Source: Chloroflexota bacterium (lineage in GTDB: Bacteria; Chloroflexota; UBA11872; VXOZ01). From it: DNA of 64,000 nucleotides. A program made the translations under genes and the position numbers. Each line of letters begins with the position of its first letter. The first letter of the stretch is position 1. Shown here piece after piece: positions 19,017 through 30,077 of the stretch. Under the pieces are notes generated by a model. The model made no database searches. It saw nothing but the letters and a program-made list of their open reading frames with translations, and was not told the origin of the DNA. The DNA lies in contig CAXXVD010000003.1 of the NCBI GenBank assembly GCA_963662335.2, forward strand, positions 256,001 to 320,000, written 5' to 3'.

Positions 19017-20633
19017 CTACCGCTCCAGCAGTCTTTGCGCAAGCTCCTTGGCTTCGTCCAGATCCTTGGCAAATCGGTCGGCGGGAACGCGCTGCAAGAC
19101 GTTGAGCGCGCGCAGGGCCAGCGCCGGCGCGCCGGTGAGGCCCATGATGATGCAGGCGGTCTCCTCGGCGGCCGCGATGTCCACCATCTGTTCCACCACC
19201 AGCGCCGCGCTATCGTCGATATACACGGTCTCGGAGAAGTCCAGGATTACCACCTCGTGGTCGCGGATGTCCACGCTGATCGTGTTGATCAGCTTGTTGG
19301 CGGAGGCCACGGAGAAACTCCCGCGCAGCGCCACCAGGCCCACCCGGGCCGAGAAGGCGTCCGCTGCCGCCGCTCTCTCTTCATCCCCAAGGAAGCTCTG
19401 GTCCAGCAGGGGCACGGAGACTACCCGGTCCAGTTCCAGGCGCTCGAACTGGCGCGCGCTCGCCATGCCGGCGGCAATCAGGCCGATGGCGACGGCGGTC
19501 ACCAGGTCCACGGCTACGGTGAGGCCCATAGTGATGAGCATCACCAGCAGGTGCTCGCGCTGCACGCGGTGGATGCGCAGGATGAAGCGCCAATCGATGA
19601 TGTCCCAGCCGACCTTCATCAGGATACCGGCCAGCACCGCGTGGGGAATCGCCTCCACGTATCTGCCGAGTCCCAGCACCAGCGCCAGCAGAATCGCCGC
19701 GCGCAACGCGCCGGAGACCTGCGTCTGGCCGCCGGCGCGGATGTTCACCACCGTCCCCAGGGTAGCGCCGGCGCCCGGCAGGCCGCCGATGAAGCCGGCC
19801 AGCATGTTGCCGATGCCCTGGCCGACCAGTTCCCGGTTCGGATTGTGGCGCGTGCGCGTCATGGCGTCGGCGATCAGCGAGGTGAGCAGGCTGTCGATCG
19901 AGCCGAGCAGCGCCAGGATCAAGGCCGGCTGGATGGCCGTGACCAGGATGCCCACTGAGAGCGCCGGCATGGCGATCTCCGGCAGGCCGGTCGGCACGTC
20001 GCCAATCACCGGCACGTCGGTCAGCAAGAACACGCCCAGCAGCGTGCCCACCGCCAGCGCCGCCAGCGTGGGCGGGAAGTAGCGCCGCAATCGCTGCGGC
20101 CAGAGCACGCCCACCGCCAGGGTCGCGGCGGCGATTGCCAGCGCGCTGAGGTTGATGTTGCCCAGCGCCTGCGGCCAGGCGCGCACCACGCCCACCGGCC
20201 CGCCGCTCGCTCCCGCCGCGCCCAGGAACGGCAGCGTTTGCAGCAGCATGATGATGATGCCGATGCCGGTCATGAAGCCGGAAATCACCGAATACGGCGT
20301 GAAAGCCACGAAACGGCCGATGCGCAGCGCGCCCAGCAGGATTTGGATGAGGCCGGCCATGATGACGATGGTAAAGGCCTCGGCCAGGCTGTCGGCGTGG
20401 GTGGTGAGGATGACCGCCATGGCCACGGCCATGGGGCCGGTGGGACCGGAGATTTGCGACTTGGTGCCGCCAAAGACCGCCGCGAAGAAGCCGACCGCGA
20501 TCGCGCCGTAGATGCCGGCCAGCGCCCCCAGGCCGGAGGCCACGCCAAAGGCCAACGCCACCGGCAAGCCCACCACGGCCGCCGTGACGCCGCCAAAGAT
20601 GTCCCCGCGGAGTGTCTGCAAGTTGTAGGTCAC
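19017..20633 (-). CDS. SulP/SLC26 family anion (probably bicarbonate, BicA-like) transporter with STAS domain
   Basis: GDIFGGVTAAVVGLPVALAFGVASG, QISGPTGPM, SIDSLLTS, PNRELVGQGIGN and a C-terminal STAS (ILDFSETVYIDDSA). GTG 20633 is preferred over ATG 20720. Confidence 0.9.
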   Translation of the reverse strand: MTYNLQTLRGDIFGGVTAAVVGLPVALAFGVASGLGALAGIYGAIAVGFFAAVFGGTKSQISGPTGPMAVAMAVILTTHADSLAEAFTIVIMAGLIQILLGALRIGRFVAFTPYSVISGFMTGIGIIIMLLQTLPFLGAAGASGGPVGVVRAWPQALGNINLSALAIAAATLAVGVLWPQRLRRYFPPTLAALAVGTLLGVFLLTDVPVIGDVPTGLPEIAMPALSVGILVTAIQPALILALLGSIDSLLTSLIADAMTRTRHNPNRELVGQGIGNMLAGFIGGLPGAGATLGTVVNIRAGGQTQVSGALRAAILLALVLGLGRYVEAIPHAVLAGILMKVGWDIIDWRFILRIHRVQREHLLVMLITMGLTVAVDLVTAVAIGLIAAGMASARQFERLELDRVVSVPLLDQSFLGDEERAAAADAFSARVGLVALRGSFSVASANKLINTISVDIRDHEVVILDFSETVYIDDSAALVVEQMVDIAAAEETACIIMGLTGAPALALRALNVLQRVPADRFAKDLDEAKELAQRLLER

Positions 20634-21017
20634 GTCATCGCATCCGGCAGTGCGGCCCGGCGCGGAGGGGCTGCGCCCGTTGGCAACGCTTCTCGCCGGC
20701 GGCGCGCTGCGCGTAGCCATGCTATCACAATGGAACCGGCGCGTCAGACTGGGCGCGAATCACCCCGCGCCTTGCGCCCGCCTCTCTTTAATTAAGGAAA
20801 GGGGCAGGAATCCGCGCGGCGCGCCGGCGCCCGGCGCCGGGCAATTGGGGGCCGCGGCAAGCCCGCGGCCGGGACTCCTCTTCCAGGCGCTCCAGGCGGT
20901 CATCTGCCCTCATTTGCCCCCGGAAGAGGCTTGGAGCGGGGTCCAGTCCTGATTCTGAGGCGGATGGGCGGGCAGGTTACGTCACTTAAGTGGCGCTGTT
21001 CAGCGGTTTATGACAGG

Positions 21018-21075
21018 GAATCCGGCGATTCCGGGCTTTTTCGGCATTTTCTCGGATTTTCCGGGACTCTTTGCT
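21018..21075 (+). repeat. Phased ~10-bp (G/C)ATTTTCCNN repeats upstream of promoter 1
   Basis: GAATCCGGC GATTCCGGG CTTTTTCGG CATTTTCTCG GATTTTCCGG GACTCTTTGC. Equivalent arrays precede promoters 2 and 3. Confidence 0.6.
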
Positions 21076-21084
21076 CAAAACCCC

Positions 21085-21144
21085 TTGCACTGTTTATTCG
21101 CGCATGATATTGTCTTTTGTGGAAATAGTTTATGAGCGAAACTA
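21085..21144 (+). promoter_or_regulatory. sigma70 promoter plus downstream palindromic operator, cassette 1
   Basis: TTGCAC, 17 nt, TATTGT with TGn extension (21085-21113). TAGTTT-N7-AAACTA at 21126-21144. Confidence 0.7.
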
Positions 21145-21256
21145 ATTCAGGATGATAGTACAGTACATGGGCCGGGAAAGTATCGCTTTCCTGGATAGTG
21201 CGCGGAGGACACCCCATGGGCAATCGGAATTCTGGCGCACGGCTAAGAGGAAACGT

Positions 21257-21330
21257 GGACACTGTCCTGCCTCCGGCCCTGCCGTCCTCCATCCCCGCGC
21301 AGGCTGCTCCGTCTCTGGCCGGACGGAGCA
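21257..21330 (+). ncRNA. Leader element A (C-rich loop plus hairpin), shared with cassette 3
   Basis: GGAC/GTCC, CCTG-[CCGTCCTCCATCCCCGCG]-CAGG and TGCTCCGTC/GACGGAGCA. Homologue at 40071-40146. Confidence 0.45.
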
Positions 21331-21593
21331 GACCAGCGTACCGCCCGGCTGATTGGCGGGAACGCGGCGGGCGAGCAAGCCAGCGGCCACGACCGGAGTG
21401 AGCGGATTGCCGGCGGGAGCCGGCCGCGGCAGAGCAAGAGAAGAGCGGTAACAGCAGGCGGCAAGAGCCGCCACAGAGACGAAGAAGCGGACAGCCGGCA
21501 GCGGCCGCCCGTTTTGCCACAGAGACGGCCAAGAGCCACACGGCAGCGGGATACGAGCAACGGGAGGCGCGGCGGAGGCTAATCGGAAGCAGC

Positions 21594-21719
21594 GTTTGGT
21601 TGGTACCTGAGCGGGGCCGTCGGAGGAGCGTCGGCGCGCTCGCAGGTAGCGCCGCCAGCGCGCGCTCGCCGAAGAGCGCGGCAAGCCACAGTTTTGCGGT
21701 TGGAGTGAAAGGGCTTGCC
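21594..21719 (+). ncRNA. Conserved structured 5' leader motif B, cassette 1
   Basis: TTGGTTG..ACCTGAGCG..GCCG..CGGC.CGCT..AGGTAGCGCCGCCAGCGCGCGC, a small hairpin, then a GGCAAGCC/GGCTTGCC stem. Present in all three cassettes. Confidence 0.55.
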
Positions 21720-21795
21720 GGACGAATTCGGCGACAACGGCGCGCGGCGGTCGGGGAGAGAGTTCGGCAGCGGTTGGAAAGCTATGGAGCGTGTC

Positions 21796-24700
21796 ATGGG
21801 TAGCACAGCGTCTCGCGGTAGGTTGAGCGCACGGAACCGGTGGCTTGGATGGTCGGCCCTCGCGCTGGCCGTCATTGCGGTAAGTTTTCTGGCATTCTCG
21901 CATACCGCGCGCGCGGACAGCGCAAGCGGCCCGCTGGACCCCGCGTTTGGCGCGGCGGGCGTCTTAAGCGATACGAATACCCCGAAGTCCGAACCCACGC
22001 CGACCCCTACGCCCGAGCCCACGCCGACGCCTGAACCGACGGCTACGCCCACGCCTACGCCTGAACCCACGCCAACACCGACCCCTACGCCTGAACCCAC
22101 GCCTACGCCTGAACCGACGGCTACGCCGACGGCTACGCCTGAGCCTACGCCGACGCCTACGCCTGAACCGACACCTACGCCTACGCCTGAGCCTACGCCG
22201 ACGCCGACGCCTGAACCCACGCCAACACCGACGTCTACGCCTACACCGACCCCTACGCCAACACCGACACCTGAGCCAACGCCGACGCCTAAACCCACGG
22301 CCACCCCGACACCCGAGCCGACGCCTGAGCCGTTAGTCGACGGCAAGGTGGATCTGTACGCGGAGCGGGACGCCGGCGGCGCGTCCGCCTCGATATCGTG
22401 GAGCCGCTATACGGAAGCCGGTTTCGACTACTATCGCCTGGTGGTCTGCGACGAGACGCAGTACGACGGCTATTCGTGCAGCGGCACGGTCTACCAGAGC
22501 GAGGCGCACTACAACGTAAACGAAACCGGTCCGGAGACCGTGACCGGTCTTGACCCCTACACCAAGTACGGGATCATCTTGCAGGTGTGGCGCAAGGCCG
22601 TAAGCGGGGCGCTGAAGTTCCGCGCCGTGTTGCCGGCCCTGCCGGAGCCCACGCCGACGCCAACGCCTGAGCCGAAGCCAACCCCGACGCCGACGCCTGA
22701 GCCAACGGCCACGCCGACACCGACGCCTGAGCCGACGGCCACGCCGACACCGACGCCAACGCCGACCCCAACGCCGACGCCGCAGGCGCTGGCGGAGCCG
22801 CCGGCCGGCGTCAGCGCGTCGCGGGGCGACGGCACGTTGACGGTATCGTGGAACGCGGTGGCAGGCGCCAGCGGCTACAACGTCAACTGGACCAGCGACC
22901 ACAAGGCAAGCTGGAGCCGGGGCGCCAGCAGCGTGAGCGGGACGAGCGTCACGCTGACCGGCATCGACGATAGCAAAGAATACTACGTGGCGGTGCAGGC
23001 GGAGAACGCCAACGGCGTGAGCGGTTGGACGGAATCAAGCCTGATCGGCGCCGTTGAAGCGAAGCCGACCCCAACGCCGACCCCGACGCCCACGCCGGCG
23101 CCTGAGCTTGCCCCCTCCTTTGGCGACGCGGCCGTCGCGGACCAGAGCTACCAAGTCAACACGGCCATCACCACGCTGACCCTGCCGGCGGCCACCGGCG
23201 GTGGCGAGACGCTCACCTATGCCTTGACTCCCGCTCTGCCCGCGGGGCTGACCTTCGACGCTGCGGCGCGGACGCTCAGCGGCACGGCCACGGCAGCGGC
23301 GGCCAGCGCAATCTACTACTACACCGCCACCGACGGCACGGACTCCGCCATGCTGTCGTTCAGCATCGAAGTTACGGCGGCGGAAGAGCAGGCGCAGGCT
23401 GCGGCAGGCCTCACCTGGGTCACCACGCCGCCCACCAAGCTGGAGTGGACGCAGGGCACGGCCGTCAACGTGACGCTGCCCGCGGCCACCGGCGACCCCA
23501 ACATCAGTTACCACCTGAGAGATGGCTGCGGCTCTACAAATGCGAAATTGCCTCAAGGGATAACCTGGAACGCCTCCACCCGCACCCTCAGCGGCACGCC
23601 CACCAAGTGGTTCGCCACCCGGGTAGGCTGTTACCAGGCCTCCGCCTCCAACAAGGGCGCGCCGAACGCAATCATCCACATCCGGGCGGCGGACACGGCG
23701 GGCAACCACGCGCCCTACGCCAGCATCAAGAGCAGTGGAGCCCAGTTGGTCGCGCAGCTCTGGTCGAAATACGGGCACTGCTACAGCGGCTCCATCACCT
23801 TTGCCCCCAGCAGCGGCCACACCAAGCACTTCTACGACCCGGAAGACGACACGCTGACCTACACGGCAGGCTCGGACAAGATTGTCAGCACCACCATCAA
23901 TTCCAGCGGCTACGCCGTGGCGACCCTCAGGCATCCCACCCTGAACTGGCATTCCTTCCACTACACGGCGACGGACCCCGACGGGCTCTACGACTCGATT
24001 AGCCTGCAGGTGAAGCATTTCGACTGCAAGGAGACCATGAGCGTCCAGGAGAACAAGCCCAAGGACACCGTGGTGGGGAGCGTGGGCGGGGGGAACGCCG
24101 CCGACGGCAGCAGCTTCTCCATCAGCGGCGACGCCGCCACCTACTTCGACATGAATTCCAGCACCGGCCAGATTACAGTGAAGGACGGGACGACGCTGGA
24201 CTACGAGACCACCAAGAGCTACTCCGGCAAATTCCGGTACACCGTCGAAAACAAGTCGATGGGGGGCGACCTCGCAATCAACGTGAACGACGTCCGGGCG
24301 CCGAACATGGGCCGGCCGACGCTGGCGCAGAACGCGACCAACCCGACGACGTCGCTGGACGTTTCGTGGGTGGCGCCGACGCCGATGGCCGGCACCACGC
24401 TAAACGACTACGACGTGCAGTACCGCGAGCGGGGCACGAGCACGTGGTCGGCTATACCCGACACCACCAACAGCACGACCACCAGCGCCACCATCACCGG
24501 CCTGACGGCGGGCAAGGAATACGAGGTGCAGGTGCGCTCCCAGATCGCCGACGAAGGCCCCGGCCACTGGTCCGTTTCGTCCATGATCCTCTACGTGGCC
24601 GAGAACACGGCGGCCAACGGCAACGTGGGCGGGATATTCAATGTCAAGGCCACCGACTTCTATCCGATGGGCTTCACCCTGGGCGGCACCGACGGCTCCA

Positions 24701-27700
24701 AGTTCAAGATGAGCACCAACACCGGCTACAAGACGGACCAGTCCGGCCAGATACAGGTCAAGTCGGGAACCACCCTGGACTACGAAACCAAGTCGGTCTA
24801 CACCGCTACCCTCCGTATCAACGAGTGGAATCAGGCCAACAGGAACCTCCAAGACTACACCCACAGCCTGTTCATCTACGTAACCGACGTGAATGAGCCG
24901 CCGGCCAAGCCGGCCGCGCCGACGGTGGCGGCGAATTCTACCACGCCGACGACCAAGTTGGACGTGAGTTGGACGGCGCCAACGATGACGGGCAAGCCGG
25001 CGATCACGGACTACGACGTGCAGTACCGCAAGGTTGGGGATTCCACGTGGAGTTCCCACAGCCACACGGGCACGGCAACCACCGCGGCGCTGACGGGCCT
25101 GACGGCGGGCAAGACGTACGAGGTGCAGGTGCGGGCCACCAACGCCGAGGGCACGAGCAGTTGGTCGGACAGCGGCACGGCGATCACCGAGGCCGGCGGC
25201 GTGACCCGCAGCGTAGACGAGAACACGGCGGCCGGCGAGAACGTGGGCGCGGCGGTGACGGCGAAGGCCAACAGCAAGTACACCTACACCCACAGCCTGA
25301 GCGGCACGGACGCGAGCAGTTTCACCATCGAGAGCGGCACCGGTCAGATCAAGGTCAAGACCGGCACCAGCCTGGACTACGAAACCACAACGTCGTACAG
25401 CGTCACGGTGACGGTGGCGGTGAGCGCGGTCACGGTGACCTCGTCGTCCCAGAGCGTCGACCCGAACGCGCCGGGCAACTACGTGATACCGGTGACGATC
25501 AACGTGACGGACGTGAACGAGCCGCCGCCAAAACCGGCCGCGCCCACGGTAGCGAAGCATGCGAGCAGTCCCAAGGCGAAGCTGGACGTGAGTTGGACGG
25601 CGCTTACCACCACGCAGATGAACGGCAAGCCGGCGGTGAGCGACTACGACGTGCAGTACCGCAAGATTGGGGATTCCACCTGGAGTGCGCACAGCCACAC
25701 GGGCACGGGCACCAGCGCGACGCTGACGGGATTGACGGCCGGCAAGGCGTACGACGTGCAGGTGCGCGCGGTGAACGCGGAAGGGAACGGCGCGTGGTCG
25801 GATTCGGGCCGGGCGGTGACGGAGAGCGGCGACGTGACCCGGAGCGTGGCGGAGAACTCGGCCGCCGGGACGAACGTGGGGAGCGCGGTGACGATGACGG
25901 GCGGCGGCTATAAGTTCGTGCATACGCTGAGCGGGACGGACGCGGGCAAGTTCGAAATCAGTAGCAGCACGGGCCAGATTACGGTCAAGAGCGGCACGAG
26001 CCTGGACTACGATACGAAGACGTCGTACAGCGTGACGGTGGGCATCGCGGTGACGGGCACGGGGAACGGGCAGAGCGAGGCCAACGCGCCGGGCAACTAC
26101 GTGATACCGGTGACCATCAACGTGACGGACGTGAACGAGAAGCCGACGTTCAGCGCCACGCCGACGCGGAGCATCGCGGAGAACTCTACTGCCGGGACGA
26201 ACGTGGGAACGGCATTCACGGCGACGGACCCGGAGAGCGACACGCTGACGTACACGCTGACGGGCACGGACGCGGCGAAATTCAACATTGGCAGCGCCAC
26301 CGGCCAGATAACGGTCAAGACGGGGAACGTCCCGAACTACGAAGCGAAGACGAGCTACAGCGTGACCGTTAACGTGACGGACGGCAAGAAGGCGGACGGC
26401 ACGGCGGACGCGACGATCGACGACACCGTCAACGTGACCATCAACGTGACGGACGTGAACGAGCCGCCGGCGAAGCCGGCCGCGCCGTCGGTGGCGCAGA
26501 ACGCCACCACGCCCAAGACTAAGCTGGACGTAAGCTGGACGGCGCCGGACATGACCGGCAAGCCGGCCATCACCGGCTACGACGTGCAGTACAAGCAGAG
26601 CAGCGATTCGAACTGGACGGCGCACAGTTTCACGGGCACGGGCACGAGCACGACCCTGACCGGGCTGACCGGCGGGACGTCGTACGACGTGCAGGTGAAG
26701 GCGATCAACGACGAGGGCAACAGCGGCTGGTCGGACAGCGGCACGGGCACGACGCAGGCCACCAACCTGAACCCGACGCTGCCGGCTCCGCCGCACGGTC
26801 AGACGAGCCTGAGCCGGAGCATTGCCGAGAACTCGCCGGCGGGCACGAACGTGGGCGCGGCGGTAACGGCCAGCGACACCGAGGGCGACACGCTGACCTA
26901 CACGCTGAGCGGCACGGACGCGGCCAAGTTCGACATTGGCGCAAACACCGGCCAGATTACCGTGAAGGCGGGCAATGTCCCGGACTACGAGAGCAAGTCC
27001 TCGTACAGCGTGACCGTGGAGGTCAGCGACAAGAAGGACGGCAACGGCAACGCCGACACGAAGATCGACGACACGATCGACGTGACGATCGACGTTACCG
27101 ACGTGAACGAGCCGCCGGGCAAACCGGAGAACCTGACGGTGACGCCGAACTCAAGCACGCCGGAGAGCAAGCTGGAGTTGAGTTGGGACGCGCCGGACAT
27201 GACGGGCAAACCGGCCCTTGCCGGCTACGACGTGCAGTACCGGCTGGCCGGGGCGAGCAACTGGACCGCCAAGAGCCACAGCGGCACGGGCACGAGCGCG
27301 ACGTTGAGCGGCCTGACGGCCGGCAAGACGTACGAGGCGCGGGTGCGGGCCAAGAACGACGAGGGCGAAAGCGGCTGGGCGTCGGGCCAGAGCATCACGG
27401 ACGGGAGCGCGGTGACGCGCAGCGTGGCCGAGAATGCGGCGGCCGGCACGAACGTGGGCGCGGCGGTGACGGCCGCCTCCAATCCGAACAACTATACGCT
27501 GACGCACAGCTTGAGCGGGACGGACGCCGGTTCGTTCACCATCGAGAGCGGCAGCGGCCAGCTCAAGGTGAAGAGCGGCGCGAATCTGGACTACGAGACC
27601 AAGAGCGCGTACAGCGTGATCGTGACGGTGAAAGCGGCCGAGGCGCAGACCCAGGGCGCGCAGAAACAGTCGCTCGAGCCGAACGCGCCGGGGAATTACG

Positions 27701-29691
27701 TGATACCGGTGACGATCAACGTGACGGACGTGAATGAAGCGCCCGAGTTCGACGACGGCGCCTCCACCAGCCGCGGCATTGCCGAGAATTCTGCCGCCGG
27801 CGCAAACGTGGGCAAGGCGGTGACGGCAACGGATCCCGAGGGCGACACATTGACGTATAGCCTCGGCGGGACAGACGCGGCCAAGTTCAACATCGGCAGT
27901 TCCACCGGCCAGATAACGGTGAAGGCCGGCAACATCCCGGACTATGAAGCCAAGACGTCGTACCGCGTTACGGTGAACGTGACGGACGGGAAGAACGGCA
28001 GCGGCGGCAGCGACACGACGATCGACGACACGATCGACGTAACCATCAACGTGACGGACGTGAACGAGCCGCCGCCGGCGCCGGCCGCGCCGGCGGTGGC
28101 GCAGAATGCCGCCACGCCCAAGACCAAGCTGGACGTGAGTTGGACGGCGCCCGACGTGACCGGCAAGCCGGCCATCACGGACTACGACGTGCAGTACAAG
28201 AAGAAGAGCGAGTCCACCTGGACGGCGCACAGCTTCACGGGCACGGGCACGAGCACGACGCTGACGGGCTTGAGCGAGGGCACGACCTACGAGGTGCAGG
28301 TGAAGGCCGGCAACGACGAGGGGAACAGCGGCTGGTCGGACAGCGGCACGGGCACGACCCAGGGCAAGAACCTGCCGCCGGGATTCCCGGACATTCCCAA
28401 CGGCGGGACGAGCCTGAACCGCAGCATCGCGGAAAACTCGCCGGTGGGAACGAACGTGGGCACGCCCGTGAAGGCCGCGGACACGGAAAGCGACACCCTG
28501 TACTACGAGCTGGATGGGATGGACAGCGCCAAGTTCGACATCGGCGAGACCACCGGACAGATTACGGTGAAGGCGGGGAACATCCCCGACTATGAAGCCA
28601 GGAGTTCGTACAGCGTGAAGGTGAGCGTAAGCGACCGGAAGGACGCCGACGGCAACCCGGATACGGCGATCGACGACTCGATCGCGGTGACGGTCACGGT
28701 GACGGACGTAGCGGAGCCGCCGGCGACGCCGGACGCGCCGACGGTGAAGGTGAATGCGTACTCGCCGACGAGCAAACTGGACGTGAGTTGGGATGCGCCG
28801 GACATGACGGGCAAGCCGGCCATTACGGACTACGACGTGCGGTTCCGCTACGTAGGCGGGACGAACTGGCAGAGCCGCGATCACACCGGCACGGGCACGG
28901 GCACGAGCATCGACAGATTGCTCCACGACACGACGTATGAAGTGCAGGTGAAGGCGAAGAACGACGAGGGCGAGAGCGGCTGGTCGGCGTCGGGCACGGC
29001 CACGACGGATTCGCCGAGCGCGGATTTCAATGACCCGGCGCCGCCGCTGGCGCTAGATCCAAATCCCTCGCCGCCGCTGATACCGATACCGGGGCCGCCG
29101 AACGTGATTGGCACGAGCGCCTGCGCGACGACCCATGACCTGGGGAGGACGATCCGGTTGATACGGAAGGACGGCGGCGCGGATCTGAACATCGAGATTG
29201 GGTCGATCTCGGCCGACGGCAGCCGCGTGGTGGTGGCTGGCTTCATCCGCGATGACGACCAGGGGCAGACCTATAGCATCGTGCGCTACGAGGCCGACGG
29301 CCGCGTGGTGCGGCTGTGGGTGGATCCGGACGATCCGTTGATCCAACAGATACCGTGGGACGTGGTGAACTCGCAGTACACGGTGCCGGTGTGCGTGGTG
29401 GTGGCGATCCCGTTGGACGATCAGTTTCCGGCTCAGGGGCAACTGGTGCGGCGGTTCGACGGGGCCGACGACCGGATCTTCCGGCACGTGGGCAACCTGG
29501 AGTGGCGGCAGATACCGGACTTAGGGACGTTCCAGGGCATGGGACTGTACTGGTGCAACGTGACGGCGGCGGACTCGGAGTTTTTCAAGCGGATCAACAT
29601 TGGCGCGCCGCTGCCCAGCGGCGGCATGGATCCCCAGGTGGGCTATCCTTCGTGTTGGAAGTGGGAGCAGAAGGGTCCCCGCTCCCGCTGA
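21796..29691 (+). CDS. Giant secreted surface protein 1: PT linkers, FN3, Ig-like (He_PIG) and cadherin repeats, conserved C-terminal domain
   Basis: Sec signal peptide ending ARA. FN3 ([23 protein letters not shown]...WS), cadherin motifs (EN, A.D.E.D, LDYE, DVNE.P) and LPAGLTFD...RTLSGT. GGAG RBS lies 6 nt before ATG 21796 (the ORF track starts at 21715). Confidence 0.9.
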   Translation: MGSTASRGRLSARNRWLGWSALALAVIAVSFLAFSHTARADSASGPLDPAFGAAGVLSDTNTPKSEPTPTPTPEPTPTPEPTATPTPTPEPTPTPTPTPEPTPTPEPTATPTATPEPTPTPTPEPTPTPTPEPTPTPTPEPTPTPTSTPTPTPTPTPTPEPTPTPKPTATPTPEPTPEPLVDGKVDLYAERDAGGASASISWSRYTEAGFDYYRLVVCDETQYDGYSCSGTVYQSEAHYNVNETGPETVTGLDPYTKYGIILQVWRKAVSGALKFRAVLPALPEPTPTPTPEPKPTPTPTPEPTATPTPTPEPTATPTPTPTPTPTPTPQALAEPPAGVSASRGDGTLTVSWNAVAGASGYNVNWTSDHKASWSRGASSVSGTSVTLTGIDDSKEYYVAVQAENANGVSGWTESSLIGAVEAKPTPTPTPTPTPAPELAPSFGDAAVADQSYQVNTAITTLTLPAATGGGETLTYALTPALPAGLTFDAAARTLSGTATAAAASAIYYYTATDGTDSAMLSFSIEVTAAEEQAQAAAGLTWVTTPPTKLEWTQGTAVNVTLPAATGDPNISYHLRDGCGSTNAKLPQGITWNASTRTLSGTPTKWFATRVGCYQASASNKGAPNAIIHIRAADTAGNHAPYASIKSSGAQLVAQLWSKYGHCYSGSITFAPSSGHTKHFYDPEDDTLTYTAGSDKIVSTTINSSGYAVATLRHPTLNWHSFHYTATDPDGLYDSISLQVKHFDCKETMSVQENKPKDTVVGSVGGGNAADGSSFSISGDAATYFDMNSSTGQITVKDGTTLDYETTKSYSGKFRYTVENKSMGGDLAINVNDVRAPNMGRPTLAQNATNPTTSLDVSWVAPTPMAGTTLNDYDVQYRERGTSTWSAIPDTTNSTTTSATITGLTAGKEYEVQVRSQIADEGPGHWSVSSMILYVAENTAANGNVGGIFNVKATDFYPMGFTLGGTDGSKFKMSTNTGYKTDQSGQIQVKSGTTLDYETKSVYTATLRINEWNQANRNLQDYTHSLFIYVTDVNEPPAKPAAPTVAANSTTPTTKLDVSWTAPTMTGKPAITDYDVQYRKVGDSTWSSHSHTGTATTAALTGLTAGKTYEVQVRATNAEGTSSWSDSGTAITEAGGVTRSVDENTAAGENVGAAVTAKANSKYTYTHSLSGTDASSFTIESGTGQIKVKTGTSLDYETTTSYSVTVTVAVSAVTVTSSSQSVDPNAPGNYVIPVTINVTDVNEPPPKPAAPTVAKHASSPKAKLDVSWTALTTTQMNGKPAVSDYDVQYRKIGDSTWSAHSHTGTGTSATLTGLTAGKAYDVQVRAVNAEGNGAWSDSGRAVTESGDVTRSVAENSAAGTNVGSAVTMTGGGYKFVHTLSGTDAGKFEISSSTGQITVKSGTSLDYDTKTSYSVTVGIAVTGTGNGQSEANAPGNYVIPVTINVTDVNEKPTFSATPTRSIAENSTAGTNVGTAFTATDPESDTLTYTLTGTDAAKFNIGSATGQITVKTGNVPNYEAKTSYSVTVNVTDGKKADGTADATIDDTVNVTINVTDVNEPPAKPAAPSVAQNATTPKTKLDVSWTAPDMTGKPAITGYDVQYKQSSDSNWTAHSFTGTGTSTTLTGLTGGTSYDVQVKAINDEGNSGWSDSGTGTTQATNLNPTLPAPPHGQTSLSRSIAENSPAGTNVGAAVTASDTEGDTLTYTLSGTDAAKFDIGANTGQITVKAGNVPDYESKSSYSVTVEVSDKKDGNGNADTKIDDTIDVTIDVTDVNEPPGKPENLTVTPNSSTPESKLELSWDAPDMTGKPALAGYDVQYRLAGASNWTAKSHSGTGTSATLSGLTAGKTYEARVRAKNDEGESGWASGQSITDGSAVTRSVAENAAAGTNVGAAVTAASNPNNYTLTHSLSGTDAGSFTIESGSGQLKVKSGANLDYETKSAYSVIVTVKAAEAQTQGAQKQSLEPNAPGNYVIPVTINVTDVNEAPEFDDGASTSRGIAENSAAGANVGKAVTATDPEGDTLTYSLGGTDAAKFNIGSSTGQITVKAGNIPDYEAKTSYRVTVNVTDGKNGSGGSDTTIDDTIDVTINVTDVNEPPPAPAAPAVAQNAATPKTKLDVSWTAPDVTGKPAITDYDVQYKKKSESTWTAHSFTGTGTSTTLTGLSEGTTYEVQVKAGNDEGNSGWSDSGTGTTQGKNLPPGFPDIPNGGTSLNRSIAENSPVGTNVGTPVKAADTESDTLYYELDGMDSAKFDIGETTGQITVKAGNIPDYEARSSYSVKVSVSDRKDADGNPDTAIDDSIAVTVTVTDVAEPPATPDAPTVKVNAYSPTSKLDVSWDAPDMTGKPAITDYDVRFRYVGGTNWQSRDHTGTGTGTSIDRLLHDTTYEVQVKAKNDEGESGWSASGTATTDSPSADFNDPAPPLALDPNPSPPLIPIPGPPNVIGTSACATTHDLGRTIRLIRKDGGADLNIEIGSISADGSRVVVAGFIRDDDQGQTYSIVRYEADGRVVRLWVDPDDPLIQQIPWDVVNSQYTVPVCVVVAIPLDDQFPAQGQLVRRFDGADDRIFRHVGNLEWRQIPDLGTFQGMGLYWCNVTAADSEFFKRINIGAPLPSGGMDPQVGYPSCWKWEQKGPRSR
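21991..22330 (+). repeat. Coding Pro/Thr/Glu linker repeat (PEPTPT)n
   Basis: Degenerate ACNCCN/GARCCN tandem repeats. Confidence 0.85.
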
Positions 29692-29756
29692 CCCCAAGGC
29701 CCCGCAAACGCGCGACAGAGAACCGGGCGAGTGCTCAGAGCAGGCGTCTGGGAGAG

Positions 29757-29797
29757 ACCGCCCCGCAGGCAGGAACTGCCGCGGGGCGGTTTACTTT
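29757..29797 (+). terminator. Intrinsic terminator of giant gene 1
   Basis: ACCGCCCCGC(A)GGCAG-GAA-CTGCCGCGGGGCGGT followed by TTACTTT. Confidence 0.75.
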
Positions 29798-29825
29798 AGT
29801 TGGGTTATCTTGGTGGTGCGTGATT

Positions 29826-30000
29826 GTCGCTCCGAGCGCAGGGTCGAACAGAGATTGCGGAATCTGGTGTTCTCACCGCATGCGGTCTCGCAACCTGACA
29901 TCCGAGATTCCTCACACCGATTGGAATGACGGCAAGGAGAGCAATCAACGTAGCGCGGGGGAGGAGAGGGATAACGTAGCGCGGGGGCTTGTCCCCCGCC
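29826..30000. repeat. MITE-like element (GTC..TCCGAGCGCAG...GGAATCT...AGATTCC...GGAATGAC) plus GTAG REP
   Basis: Homologous copies at about 39560-39773 and 50487-50632, with a half copy at 9391-9418. Confidence 0.6.
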
Positions 30001-30077
30001 TGAGGCGAGCGCCGCAATCGCTACCCCTCTTCCAAGATATGAGGGCGAACGGACTTGTGGTTGGTTCAGCGCGGCGG

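Noticed and set aside
21594-21719. Canonical c-di-GMP-I riboswitch or RfaH ops/JUMPstart
   Set aside because: It lacks the GGCAAA..GAAA-tetraloop arm followed by GCAAAGC in the right order, and AGGTAGCG is not GGCGGTAG. Kept only as an unknown motif.
21715-21795. TTG starts of the giant genes given by the ORF track (21715, 30568, 40369)
   Set aside because: They fall within the conserved leader stem. The GGAG-N6-ATG 81 nt downstream is conserved in all three and yields a normal signal peptide.
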